A DNA stretch of 57,306 bases, filler included, from Trichosphaerium sp. ATCC 40318 (Eukaryota; Protista; Tubulinea): NCBI GenBank assembly GCA_038496445.1. It is 3 parts of 3 records of this genome, joined end to end, with 100 filler letters (N's around TTAATTAATTAA, not from the genome) between each part and the next. Parts side by side here need not be neighbours in the genome. Positions count along the whole stretch, not along the records: positions 1 to 18,444 come from JALMLS010000219.1; positions 18,545 to 41,936 come from JALMLS010000494.1; 1 more part is not named here. The stretch is one strand, 5' to 3'. Position 1 is the stretch's first letter. Each line of letters opens with the position of its first letter. Under the pieces are notes generated by a model, which saw nothing but the letters and a program-made list of their open reading frames with translations, was not told where the DNA came from and made no database searches. Shown here piece by piece: positions 17,301 through 28,500 of the stretch. The position numbers and the translations under genes are program-made.

Positions 17301-18444
17301 AAAGGTGATTATGGGTTTCAAGCATTTTTCTGAAATAGTTGTTAAGTTGTGGATATTAAGTTGGGTTTTAGGACAATTAAGGCATGATGTCTAAAATATC
17401 TCCTCAAACAGGTCAAAAACATGGTCGTTTAGTGGTAATGGGGTTGTAATGTAATGTATTGTAATGTGTTGTAATGTAAATGTACTTGTAATAGTTAAGA
17501 AAACAATAAACCAATCCATCGTTTTTACTATTTTGTGTAGACACATATTTTGACCCGTACTCTATCCGTACATTATCCATACTCCCGATTTTACTACTGT
17601 TCAAAGTATCATTTAAATCTGGTGATATGGTACAGTAGTGAAATCGGGATTTTGACACGTACAATATACGTACGTGGCACGTACTTTTCACACGTACAAT
17701 ATACGTACGTGGCACGTACTTTTCACACGTACAATATACGTACGTGCCACGTACTTTTTCACACATACAATATACGTACATGCCACGTACTTTTCACACG
17801 TACAATATACGTACGTGCCACATACTTTTTCACACGTACAATATATGTACGTGCCACGTACATTTCACATGTACAATATACGTATGTGCATGTACGTGTT
17901 ACGTACGTATTAAACAAAATAAGTAAAATTGTACAAAAAGAACTGTATCAACAGTTTCTACTATTACATCATAATAACACCATACTATTGAGAAATTGTA
18001 TTTTATTTAACCATTAATTTGGCATGGTATGTTTGTAATGATTTTCCAAATATGTTTTGTTTTCCATTGGATCAAGTACTACAGCTGTGTTTCTGATTAT
18101 GTTATTTGCTGTAACAGTACTGTAATCAAGATTTTGGCAAATACAAAACCTGTATATGACACATACTTTTGCCTTGTACTGTGACACATACTTTTGACAT
18201 GTACCTAACCTGCATGTGGTACGTACTTAGTCAAAGGTATGTTAAAGTATCTGACATTGTCAAACACAACCCAACCCAAACCTACTTTTTTTTTTTTTTT
18301 CAAAAAAGGTGGGTTTATTGTGCCAACCCAAACTTACTGATAAAATGGCCTTTTACACTAAAAATTATGTTGATAACAGTTGAAAGGTTCACAAAATGCT
18401 TAACTCTGTTAGTTCTTTAAGGAAGAATCAACAAATCACATGAT
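14400..18444 (+). repeat. ~4.05 kb inverted duplicate of 4501-8549 (DDX3 last exon plus downstream repeats), running to the contig end
   Basis: Reverse-complement match: AGGTAACCCACGTC at 14400 corresponds to 8549, and ...aaatcacatgat at 18444 corresponds to 4501. The differences inspected are mostly 1-nt or homopolymer indels. Confidence 0.9.
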
Positions 18445-18544
18445 NNNNNNNNNNNNNNNNNNNNNNNNNNNNNNNNNNNNNNNNNNNNTTAATTAATTAA
18501 NNNNNNNNNNNNNNNNNNNNNNNNNNNNNNNNNNNNNNNNNNNN
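18445..18544. other. Artificial contig linker (44 N + TTAATTAATTAA + 44 N)
   Basis: The 12-mer has stops in all six frames, and an identical construct occurs at 41937-42036. Confidence 0.95.
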
Positions 18545-20379
18545 TGAAGTGGAGACTGAAGTGGAGACCGCTAGTAGTCCAAAACAATATTCGATGATCC
18601 CAGGGCGACGATTAATTATTCTGGCTGTAACAGTGTTTGTATGCATTGCTATTATACGTACGAAGAGAAAAACGATGCCAAACGCGGAACGACGATATGT
18701 TCATATATTTTGGCGTCCCCACGTGTTCATACTGATATTTAGACTTTACTGGGATATTTTCGCAAGATGCACCTTTTTTTGACTCTACGGACCAAGTTGT
18801 GGAACCTTTGGAGCCTTCAGAACCTTTAGAACCGTCAAAACCTTTAGAAGCTTCAGAACCTTCAAAACCTTTAGAGCCGTCAAAAGCTTTAGAAGCGATG
18901 GATGAAGGAGTGGAAGAACCTACCGTGAAACCATTAGCGAAGTATTGCTACATTGCATTGATGAGTACGCTTAAAATTCATTGATTAGTTTTTATTAAGT
19001 TTTTTGTTTTGTGCTTTAGCGTCAAAGACGTATGTCATGTCGGCAGCTGTTATGATACATTCACTTAAACTACAGAAACCTAAGTATCCGATTATATTAT
19101 TCATAACAAAAAATCTAGTAAACCAAGTACGGCAGGAAGGACTCTCTTTTTTTCTTTTTTTTTTGACTTTGTGTTTCTTGTTGTAGCTTCCAGATGCGTA
19201 TAAGAAGTTGACTGATGAAATAAGGGTCATAGAACCCTTTGATGTTAAAAATTATTTGAGGAATACGGCATTACAAAGAAACCTGTGCGTCATTAAGAAA
19301 CACTTGGTTTCCTTGGCCAATACATACAACTCACTATATATTTTTTTTTTTGCTTTTTATTTTACTTACTGACAGAGGTGCTTAGGGCGAACAACATGGA
19401 GCTAGATTAGCTAAATTAAAGATATTCAAGCTCATGAAAGGATACACCAAAGCATGTTTTATTGATGCTGATATGGTCATTACAAAAAACGTTGACGACA
19501 TATTCACATATCCAACACCGTCTGGTATGAACACCATCATACACTTACCTCGTATCTAACTATAACTAGCCCATCGAGACTATTGGTCCCGTAGGGATGA
19601 CGAAGATTGTAATACAGGTATGCTATGGATCTAGTTGACAAGAAAATACTGATCTATTTTTAACACAAGGTTTCTTCGTCTTTGAACCGAATGATAAAGT
19701 TTACAACCATCTTGTAAAAGTGCTCAGAGAACACTTTATAGCAGAACTGCAGTTAAAGGAATGTTGTGATCAGTGGGTACTTAACTATGCTTTCGTGACA
19801 CGTAATGATTCATTGAGATGGAATCTTTTACCATGGTACGTTCATTTGATACTGTATTTCAGGTGCAGTCCTTCTTACTCCGTGTATTGATAATTTTCAA
19901 CCAGGGGTTATGTTGTTGATGCCAGAAACGTACATTCGCTGTACAATCAAAATTGGCTCGGTAAATCAAAGGTTTGGCATTTCCCTGGTAGTAAACCTTG
20001 GTCTTATCCTGTAAGTTCCCACTTTGCAATTGTTATGTTTCTTTTTTGGTCGGCATATTTCCAAGCATTGTGTATCCTCTTTTGTACTTAAAATTGTGCA
20101 TAGGGTGGTAGAAGGCGTATTCAATGGGTACAATGGTTTCGTGCATATGACTTATTGGTAGAAGAGTATCCTGATCTTGTAAACAACAAAAAGTTTTTCT
20201 TTGCAAAAACATTGTTTGAACCAAAACCAACACTTGATCAGAATGTCACATGGAGTCCACATATAAAAAAAGCAACGTTTCCTGTCACATTCAAGGAATA
20301 CAATGAACATATAAGACTAAAGTTACACATACCTAATAACGACTATCAACTGTACAATCACGACAAAAAAACAACTTAA
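18545..20379 (+). CDS. Glycosyltransferase family 8 (glycogenin-like fold), type II membrane protein, multi-exon; 5' end at contig edge
   Basis: TM segment LIILAVTVFVCIAII and an EPSKPL-repeat stem; ASKTYVMSAAVMIHSLKLQKPKYPIILFIT; LAKLKIFKL..FIDADMV (DxD); CNTGFFVFEPN; CDQWVLNYAF; KVWHFPGSKPW. These are the GT8 motifs in the expected order. Confidence 0.8.
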
Positions 20380-20914
20380 ATGTTCACCAACATATATTTA
20401 ATAATACGTACTATTCAACTTTATATTGTCCGTTACACGCAAGTGTGACAAATTTATTTGTTTTGTTGCCTGCCAGCGATGTGGCTCTTGAGACTTTTCA
20501 GTGCTAGTACGATCTCAAACATTGGTAATGAGTATTTTTGCATTTAATGTTTTTGTGACTTTGACATCTCGCTGTTTTTTGGTACCACTAAAGCTAGTTT
20601 TCGAGATTGTCTATGTATACAGGCAATCCACTAGCGTATACAAACTAGCCTATCGATGTACCTTTATGGAGTACTTTAAGTGAGGGATGCGTGCTTGGTA
20701 TTTTTACTACACGTGAGACAATACATAGTTCTTAAGCCGCATTATGTATTTATTGGCTCAGTGTACTTGGAGTATATATATAAACCCATTGTAAGAGCAG
20801 TAGAATTTGGTAAAAGGACAAAGGACTAAATCCTTAGTTCTAGAATAATTATGACTTTTTTGCGTTGTTCAGTTTACCAAACTTCGCCTTTGAGATACTT
20901 GTTAGCTATCAAAG

Positions 20915-22332
20915 ATGATGGAGGTTAATGATCAAAATTCATTACCCAATCGCTGTGAAAGCCAATCGTACTTCATACCATGCTTTGTACCTCATACTAA
21001 CACGCTTGTAGGTCCACAAAGTTATTGGACCTGCCTGTTGAGATTTTGGCACGTGTTCTGACAAATACGACAACAGCACGTTTCTCAGTATCACAAAGCT
21101 GTCAATACCTTCGTTCTATCATTTGCGATATTGTTGGGTACAGTGAAGTGATAATAAGAACAGTACCTCAAGCTGTCAAATACAACAAGCTATTTTGTAA
21201 AACAAGAAAGAATACAACAATTATTGTCAACAATGTTATTGCTCCAAAAGACAAAACCTTGAAGATAGCATTAGAAAATAGTACAGGGATATTCACAGCA
21301 TGTAGAAACATTCTAGATTTGTTTTCAAACACTCATTGGACTGCTGCAAACGCAGGTGCTGATAATATTGTTTCTGCTCTGGTTGAACCAAATGAAGGCT
21401 GTATTGGTGTTCACACTATCGATTTGACTGGGTGTAATGGAATAACAGATGAAGGTGTTAAGTTGTTGGCTGGTGTACACACTATCGACTTGACAGGATG
21501 TACTGAAATAACAGATGAAGGACTCACTCATTTGGCTGGTGTTCATACTATCAACTTGACGGGATGTGATGAAATAACAGATGAAGGACTCGTTCATTTG
21601 GCTGGTGTTCACACTATAAAATTATTCCTCCTGAGCAAAATATCAGATTCAGGTATCAAGGCATTGGCGGGTGTACACACTATCAATTTGACTGGGTGTT
21701 ATGGAATAACTGATGAAGGTGTCAAATCGTTAGCTGGTGCACACACTGTAAGCCTCAATAGTTGTAGAGTATCTGATTCAGGTATCAAGGTATTAGCTGG
21801 TGTACATAAAATTCAATTGGCATATTGTTATGAAGTGACGGATGAGAGCATTAAGGCATTGGCTGGTGTACACAGTATTAACTTAATGAATACTAAAGTT
21901 ACTGATGAAGGTGTTAAAGTACTTGCTGGAGTTCACACCATTCTCCTTGAACGCACTAGAGTAACAGATGAAGGTGTTATAGCGCTTGCTGGAGTTTATG
22001 AGATAGACCTTGCTTATTGTATGAAAGTAACTGATAGCGGTGTCGAAGCACTTGCTGGAGTTCATACTATACACCTTGGTCATACTAAAATAACTGATAA
22101 AGGTTTAAAAGCACTTGCAGGAGTTCATACTATTACACTCAATCACACTTCAGTAACTGATGAAGGTATAAAAGCACTCAAGGGAGTTCATACTATACGC
22201 CTCAATCACACTTCAGTAACAGATGAAGGTATAAAAGCACTCAAGGGAGTTCATACCATTTACCTCTTCAACACTTCAGTAACTGTTGAAGGCACTAAAG
22301 CACTGGCTGGGGCAAAATATATTTACAGATAA
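20915..22332 (+). CDS. F-box + leucine-rich-repeat protein (14 LRRs of 21-22 aa); exon 1 20915-20967, exon 2 21012-22332
   Basis: F-box LLDLPVEILARVL...VSQSCQYLRSI; repeats GVHTIxLxxCxxITDEGxxxLA. A phase-2 GT..AG intron links an upstream ATG in frame. Confidence 0.85.
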
Positions 22333-22455
22333 ACAGTTAGCACAAAAAACAGGTATTTTGATATGCATAGAGTGCAATATATAATTGCAAATAAAATAAG
22401 GTTAGTTGTTTACTGGTTGTGAGGATTCTGGAATTGTTGCACTCCCTTTTCTCGG

Positions 22456-22985
22456 TTGTCATTGATGTTAAGACTGGAAAAAACTCGAAGCGAAATTTAT
22501 GTCTTTCAACAGTATCATGGTAATGGTAGACTACAACTTCAAAAGACGTTTGTTCACGGTGCTGAGACTGGAGAGCTAAAGCAATGGTTTAAGAATGGTA
22601 GACCTGATCTACATAATGTCTCCTTAACGGTAAAAGACATGGATTGATTAAGTCATGGCATGAGAATGGAAAGATGAGACTTAAGACTGTTTTCGCTCAT
22701 GGACTACATAATGGTGAACATAATCAGTGGTATAAGAATGGACAGATTTCTTTGAAGACTTCATACAGGAAAGGTAAATTACATGGTAAGTATGAAGAGT
22801 GGTATGAAAATGGTCAACCTCTTATAAAGAATTAGCATGGCATAGGAATGGAAGACCTGATATAAATTGTCATTATGTTAATGGTCTTGAGCATGGTGAA
22901 CATAAGGAGTGGAATCAGTATGGGCAACTTGTATTTCATTGTTTGTATGTTAATGGTGTAGAACGAGTAGTGTACAAAGGATAGA
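22456..22985 (+). pseudogene. Frameshifted MORN-variant (YwqK-like) repeat gene
   Basis: Repeated GxxxxW[YH]xNGxL units (QWFKNGR, SWHENGKM, QWYKNGQI, EWYENGQ) are spread across shifted frames. The repeat type matches 36150-36905. Confidence 0.6.
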
Positions 22986-23205
22986 AAATAAAACACTTTT
23001 CGTAAAAGCAACATTCAGCGAAAACAAACTCTCTTGAACGTTACAATTCCCTTTCTCCCAGGTACACCTTTGTAACTTTTATGACTCAATATTCCTTCTA
23101 AGCTGTGATGCATGTTAGCACGTGATATGTTTGTAATTGCGAATACTATTAAACTGAGGAACAGTGACATTAGAAAAAAGTATTTTTATTTGAATGTTTT
23201 AGTAT

Positions 23206-23997
23206 CTAAGCCATGCCTTCATACATTGACATTGGTAGCCCTGAATTAATTGCCACTTTTAAAGTATCTTCTATTCTCACTTCTGCATTTGTCTTACCAC
23301 TATCAATAGCATAAAGGGTATTGTAATCACAACTTTCAAAAAACCTTATTATTCCATGTTCAACAGTCAAGGTATTTGTCTTTGTTCCTTCGCCTCCTAT
23401 CGCAGGTGCTGTGCTACAAATCTCAAATTGTACTGTTCCGTCAAAATGGACATCAATTGTGATATAATCGTTATCATCAGTCCCAAGTAAAGCTCCACAG
23501 GTCTTGTGACTTCCTTTGAATTTTTTCATAATTTTCATGTAGGTTTCGAAGCAATTCTTCGGAATACCTTTTGGTGCTCCCCAGACGTAGTATCGTTGGT
23601 ATTGACGCTTCCAGAAGTCGTTTTCGCATAAACATAAGCTACGGAGCTGTTTTGAGGTACGACTGAGGCGTAGAAAACCCTCCATTGAGCAAAACGCTAT
23701 AACGTGCTGAAAAACGTCACAGTTGAGAAGAGAATCATTTAATGAGATAGCAGGAGTTGTTGATGTAACGATAGATGAGAATATCTGCTTATAAGCTGGT
23801 TCTTCCATTGCAGCGTCGCTGTTGACTGTGACGGTTGGCTCAAAAAAGCTATTTTGAGAAGAAAACGTAAGACCGCAAAAATTCATCCTGATTTTTCTTT
23901 CATTGTCACACCTAAATACTTGCATTCTTAATCTCTCCTTACAAAGTGAAACTTGGTAACTCGCACATGTGAAAGACACGCGAATGTAGAATATCAT
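23206..23997 (-). CDS. F-box protein (true start uncertain)
   Basis: LLNCDVFQHVIAFCSMEGFLRLSRTSKQLRSLCLCENDFWKRQY matches the F-box pattern, within a 263-aa ORF. Confidence 0.7.
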   Translation of the reverse strand: MIFYIRVSFTCASYQVSLCKERLRMQVFRCDNERKIRMNFCGLTFSSQNSFFEPTVTVNSDAAMEEPAYKQIFSSIVTSTTPAISLNDSLLNCDVFQHVIAFCSMEGFLRLSRTSKQLRSLCLCENDFWKRQYQRYYVWGAPKGIPKNCFETYMKIMKKFKGSHKTCGALLGTDDNDYITIDVHFDGTVQFEICSTAPAIGGEGTKTNTLTVEHGIIRFFESCDYNTLYAIDSGKTNAEVRIEDTLKVAINSGLPMSMYEGMA

Positions 23998-25342
23998 GTT
24001 ATATTTCCTGAGTTACTATTTATTGAACACTTGGGAAGCCTTGCAGGTTGAAACAAACTTAGCATTTTAAATAATCCCGTTCATTTTTTTCTAGTCTTGC
24101 TCATATTCTTTATGCAATTAGAATGCCTGAAAGGGGTGACCCTTATGTTCATAATCTTTTTTGCCATAGCGAATTATTAGCCAAGCTAGAGATCTGGAAA
24201 TGCTCCAACGGCACTAACATTAAATTATTTGGTGTATTTCATGCTGCAACTTGTACCCCGGAATGTGAGGCGGGTATACCCATAGTTCTTTCTCAATTAA
24301 TTGTTCAACTTGTTTATCAAGTCCAAATGCCCTGTGATTTAATGTCTTTGGATCAAAATCAACACAAGTATCCCAACGACCCTAAACATCAATAAAGTTT
24401 CAATTCAACTCAGAATTAAATTCTTGTGGATAAATAAAAAAGGACTTGAAAGTCGGTGAATTTCTCTTATCATATTTACCTTCTGAACAATCTGAACATG
24501 AGAACATCTCTCTTTCTTATCAATACAAAGTGGAATGAGTGATCTCAATATCTGCTCAAGGTCATTTGTGTAATGTAAATGAACCATGCCCCCAAATCCA
24601 TCAAAAGTCATACCACCACTAGTCTCTTTGGTAGCCTCAATTTTGTAGTGCAACTTGCTCTATTTCCAAACAACATTACTTACAACTTCAACATATACAT
24701 GGTGAATGTATAAAATTATTTGCACGTGCTGTTCTATGTCTTAGGCTTGGAATCTCATCAGCAACTAACAAGTCAGTTATATTGTTTCTAAGCAACACTC
24801 TTTGCCTAACACATGGTCTATTAATGGCATGTTCTAATCAATACATGTATTGCTCCTTACCCTATCAATATTTTAAGATCATATCCATCAAGTTCATGGT
24901 AAAGTGCAACTTCGACATTAAGCAACTTGTCACCAACTGTAACCAGAATATCTGAAACAACAACCTGAAGAAGTCATTATTAGTCAGAGTACATTAATTA
25001 ACTCATGACGTACACAATGTCTCACAAATCCTTCCTCAACGTTATCCCATACTTGGTAGAATGTATGATCATGAGCGTTTCGATCAGAAATAACATCAAT
25101 GTTGAAAAGTTTCTTAAACTTTTGGTGCATCTCAAAACTGTAAATTGCAATAGCAACTTTCTGTGAATTTGACAAAGCGCAGTAAACCTGAAAAACGAAT
25201 TCTATTAGTATACACCAAAACAAGTACATATTGTATAATCTTACATCATACCAAGACTTGTAAGAAGACTTAAACGCATCAGAAATGTAGAACTTGCCCT
25301 CAATCTTTTTTTTCCAAAAATAATCGCTTTCACGTATTCTGC

Positions 25343-25489
25343 TGTCGTATAACTTAGCTAGGGTTATAAGACGAGTTGTTGCAGGTACGAGGTAAGGAGA
25401 ATTCTAAGTTTATTAATCTTATTACAAAATAAGGAACTTCGTTATATTCAGATAACGAATGACGGATATGAATGTGTTCATATACGACA
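25343..25489 (-). repeat. 3' LTR (147 bp)
   Basis: TGTCGTATA...TATACGACA; identical to 33601-33747 except at position 4. Confidence 0.95.
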
Positions 25490-25505
25490 TACTCCCTCCT
25501 TCTTT
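25490..25505 (-). promoter_or_regulatory. Polypurine tract
   Basis: AAAGAAGGAGGGAGTA on the minus strand, immediately before the 3' LTR. Confidence 0.8.
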
Positions 25506-28500
25506 AAGAGAAGCGTCTCTGCTTCTGTATTTCATGGGCGAACACTGTGTCGAAATTGTTTATCCAATTGTCCAAGAGTGTGAGCGCATCATTTTTGGTC
25601 TTTGTTTTCTTGATATCGCGTTTGAATTCGGATGCGCGATCTCTGTTCTTAATAAATCCAGCGCTAGGTTCCACAACATTCCTGAGATTTGTTTTGAATG
25701 AGCTATGTAGCGTAGGAGTTTTAGTTTTTGAGATCTTCTTCCTGGCGTTCGTGATGATGTCCTTGAATGTTTGCATCAGAGGTGGATATTCGGTAGTAGT
25801 TTCAACATCAGTGACAGTGTTTTCAGGAGGAGGAGGTAGTGAGGATGGAGGAGACCCTGTTAATGAGGGCGTATCAATGTTGGTAGGAGCATTGTCAGCG
25901 TCCTGGTTGTTCTGTAAAGGTGCAGTTGTGTCAACCGTTTGTTCTTCATTGTCGGCGTAGTATATACGATCGTACGCTTCATCTTCACGCAAGTGGTACT
26001 TGGCGTGAGGCAGATTCTTTAGAAGTTTTGTGACCGCCTTATACGTGTCTTTATTGATTTGATCGATTGAGTCATGCGATTTGTACTCAATGATCCTTTT
26101 CATGTCAACACTTTCAGTGTGACCTTTGACGTTGTGTCTGAGTTTGTAAGTTTTAGGTCCGATAACACCTGTAACGGTGTACGGGCCGTGTCTTTTGTTT
26201 TTAAGCTTTTTAGGTCCTTCACCTTGAAGCTCTTTCCATACCAGTACTTGCTGGCCGATGGAGAATGTTTTAATAACTTCAGGTACATTTCTATCTTTGT
26301 ACCTTTGGTATTCAGCTTGTCGTTTGCGCGTGTGTTCGCGAACTAGCTCTTGAGTTTCTGCAATAGTCTTAACCATATTGGCTGTGTATGTTGCTGCATC
26401 AACATGATCTGTAGGCATGTTGGTAGCATATACTTGATCGATTGGTAGGCGAGGTTCTCTACCAAAAAGAGCGAAATGAGGGCTAACTCCAGTGGTACGA
26501 TTGATAGTACTATTAAAGGCGAATTGTAGGAATGGCAATTTATTATCCCAATCATGTGGGTCATTAGCAGTAAGCGCACGTAGTAATGGTACAGCTGTGC
26601 CGAAGGATCGTTCAGCTTGACCATTACATTGAGGGTTATAAGGTGAGATGAAACGATTTTCTATTTTAAGCGTTTCACATATTCTACTGATTATGGCGCT
26701 TCTAAAATTGGAGCCATTATCGCTGATGATTGCTCAGAATGCGCCAAATTTGGTAATGATCCTATCACATATTGCATCAGCTACTAGATCAGACGTGGTA
26801 GAGCTCATTGGAACGAACTCGTGCCATTTAGAAAGTAAGTCTGAAATAGACAATATGTATGAGTTACCTTTATAGGAAGTAGGAAATGGACCAGATATGT
26901 CGACAGCAATAACACCCCAGGGATGTTCAGCTGTGATAGGAATCATGTGTCCATCTTTAGTTGTTTTAGAACGGAACTTTCGCTTTTGGCAGATGTCACA
27001 TTTAGATGTGTAATTTTGTATATCTGCTAACATGTTTTTCCAATAAAAACAACTTCTGATATTATTGTACATTTTATTAACGCCAACATGAGCGCTTAGT
27101 GGAGAGTCATGAAAATGACGCAACACGTCTATTTTAAGACAGTCAGGTACAACGATCTTAAAGGTGCCATTGGCTTTAACATGACCGGGTGGAACTGAGA
27201 AGTTATTGAGAACACCATCAGAGTCTAATGCGAAAGTGCCATTACGAGTGAGTTTAGGTTGTGAGAGTGTACTAGTCTCCAACTCAGCAATAATAGGAAA
27301 TAAGTCAGGGTCAGCTCTTTGTAAATTGCTAATATTTATTTTTCTTTGATTTAGTTCAGGTACAAAGGGCGAACTATTAACAACAGAAGTGTTATTCACT
27401 TTGTATACAATATTACCTTTAGCATCTTTGATATTGAAACTAAGGTTGGCCTTCTCTAAATCTTGAGGGTCCAATAGCGCTTCTAGTTCTTCTTCAAGTT
27501 CTTGATCACCTTCGAATTCAAGTCTTGACAGCGCATCAGCGTTAGCGTGTGATCTACCTTTTCGATATTGTATGTCAAAGTCATAATCTGACAATTTCAT
27601 GACCCAACGCATGAGAATTGGAGTGGGATCATGGAAGTTTTTAAGATATAGTAAGGCCTTGTGATCGGTAACTATAGTAAACTTATTAGGGAGTAAGTAA
27701 TGACGGAATTTAGTGACTGCAGCTACCATGGCCCAGCACTCTTTTTTCCATATCTCCCATTTCTTAACTCTTTCTGGTTTGAGCTTTTTTGAGAAATACT
27801 CCACAACATGGAGTTCACCATTATGCTCTTGTTCAAGTACCGCACCAATAGAATGTTTAGATGCGTTTGTATGCAGTACGAAGGGCTTTGAATAATCAGG
27901 CGGAACTAAGACAGGATATGATGTAAGCTTATTTATTAGGGTGTTCCATGCTTTTCCTTGTACAGCGTCATCCCATACAAATGGTACATCTTCTTTGAGT
28001 AGTTTGGTGAGTGGTTGAGTTATGCCAGCAAAATCTTTGACAAACTTTCTATAATAACCAGCTAAGTGTATAATCGAACTGAGTTGTTTCTTACCAGTCG
28101 GTTTGACTACTGATTGTAGTTTACTAATTTTACTTTCGCTAGGAACCATAGCTTTACCAACTAATGTATGTCCTAGATGATCCATTTCAGTAGCGAAGAG
28201 CACTGTTTTCTTAGGAGACATACGCACATTGTATTTAATACATACGTCATAAAATTCTTCAAGGTGTTTGAGCATCTGGTCAACTGTGTCAGCGCCAGTA
28301 CCAACATCATCGAAGTAAGGTTCTGTATGATTTAGTGAGCTGAATATATTATTCATAGCTTTTTGAAATTCAGCAGGTGAGTTTTTGTAACCCATGGATA
28401 GGATGTTGAAAACGTATACTCCCTTTTTAGTGACGAATGCAGTATACTTACGACTGCTGTCATGTAAACGGAATTGGAAGAAGCCTTGAGGTAAGTCATG

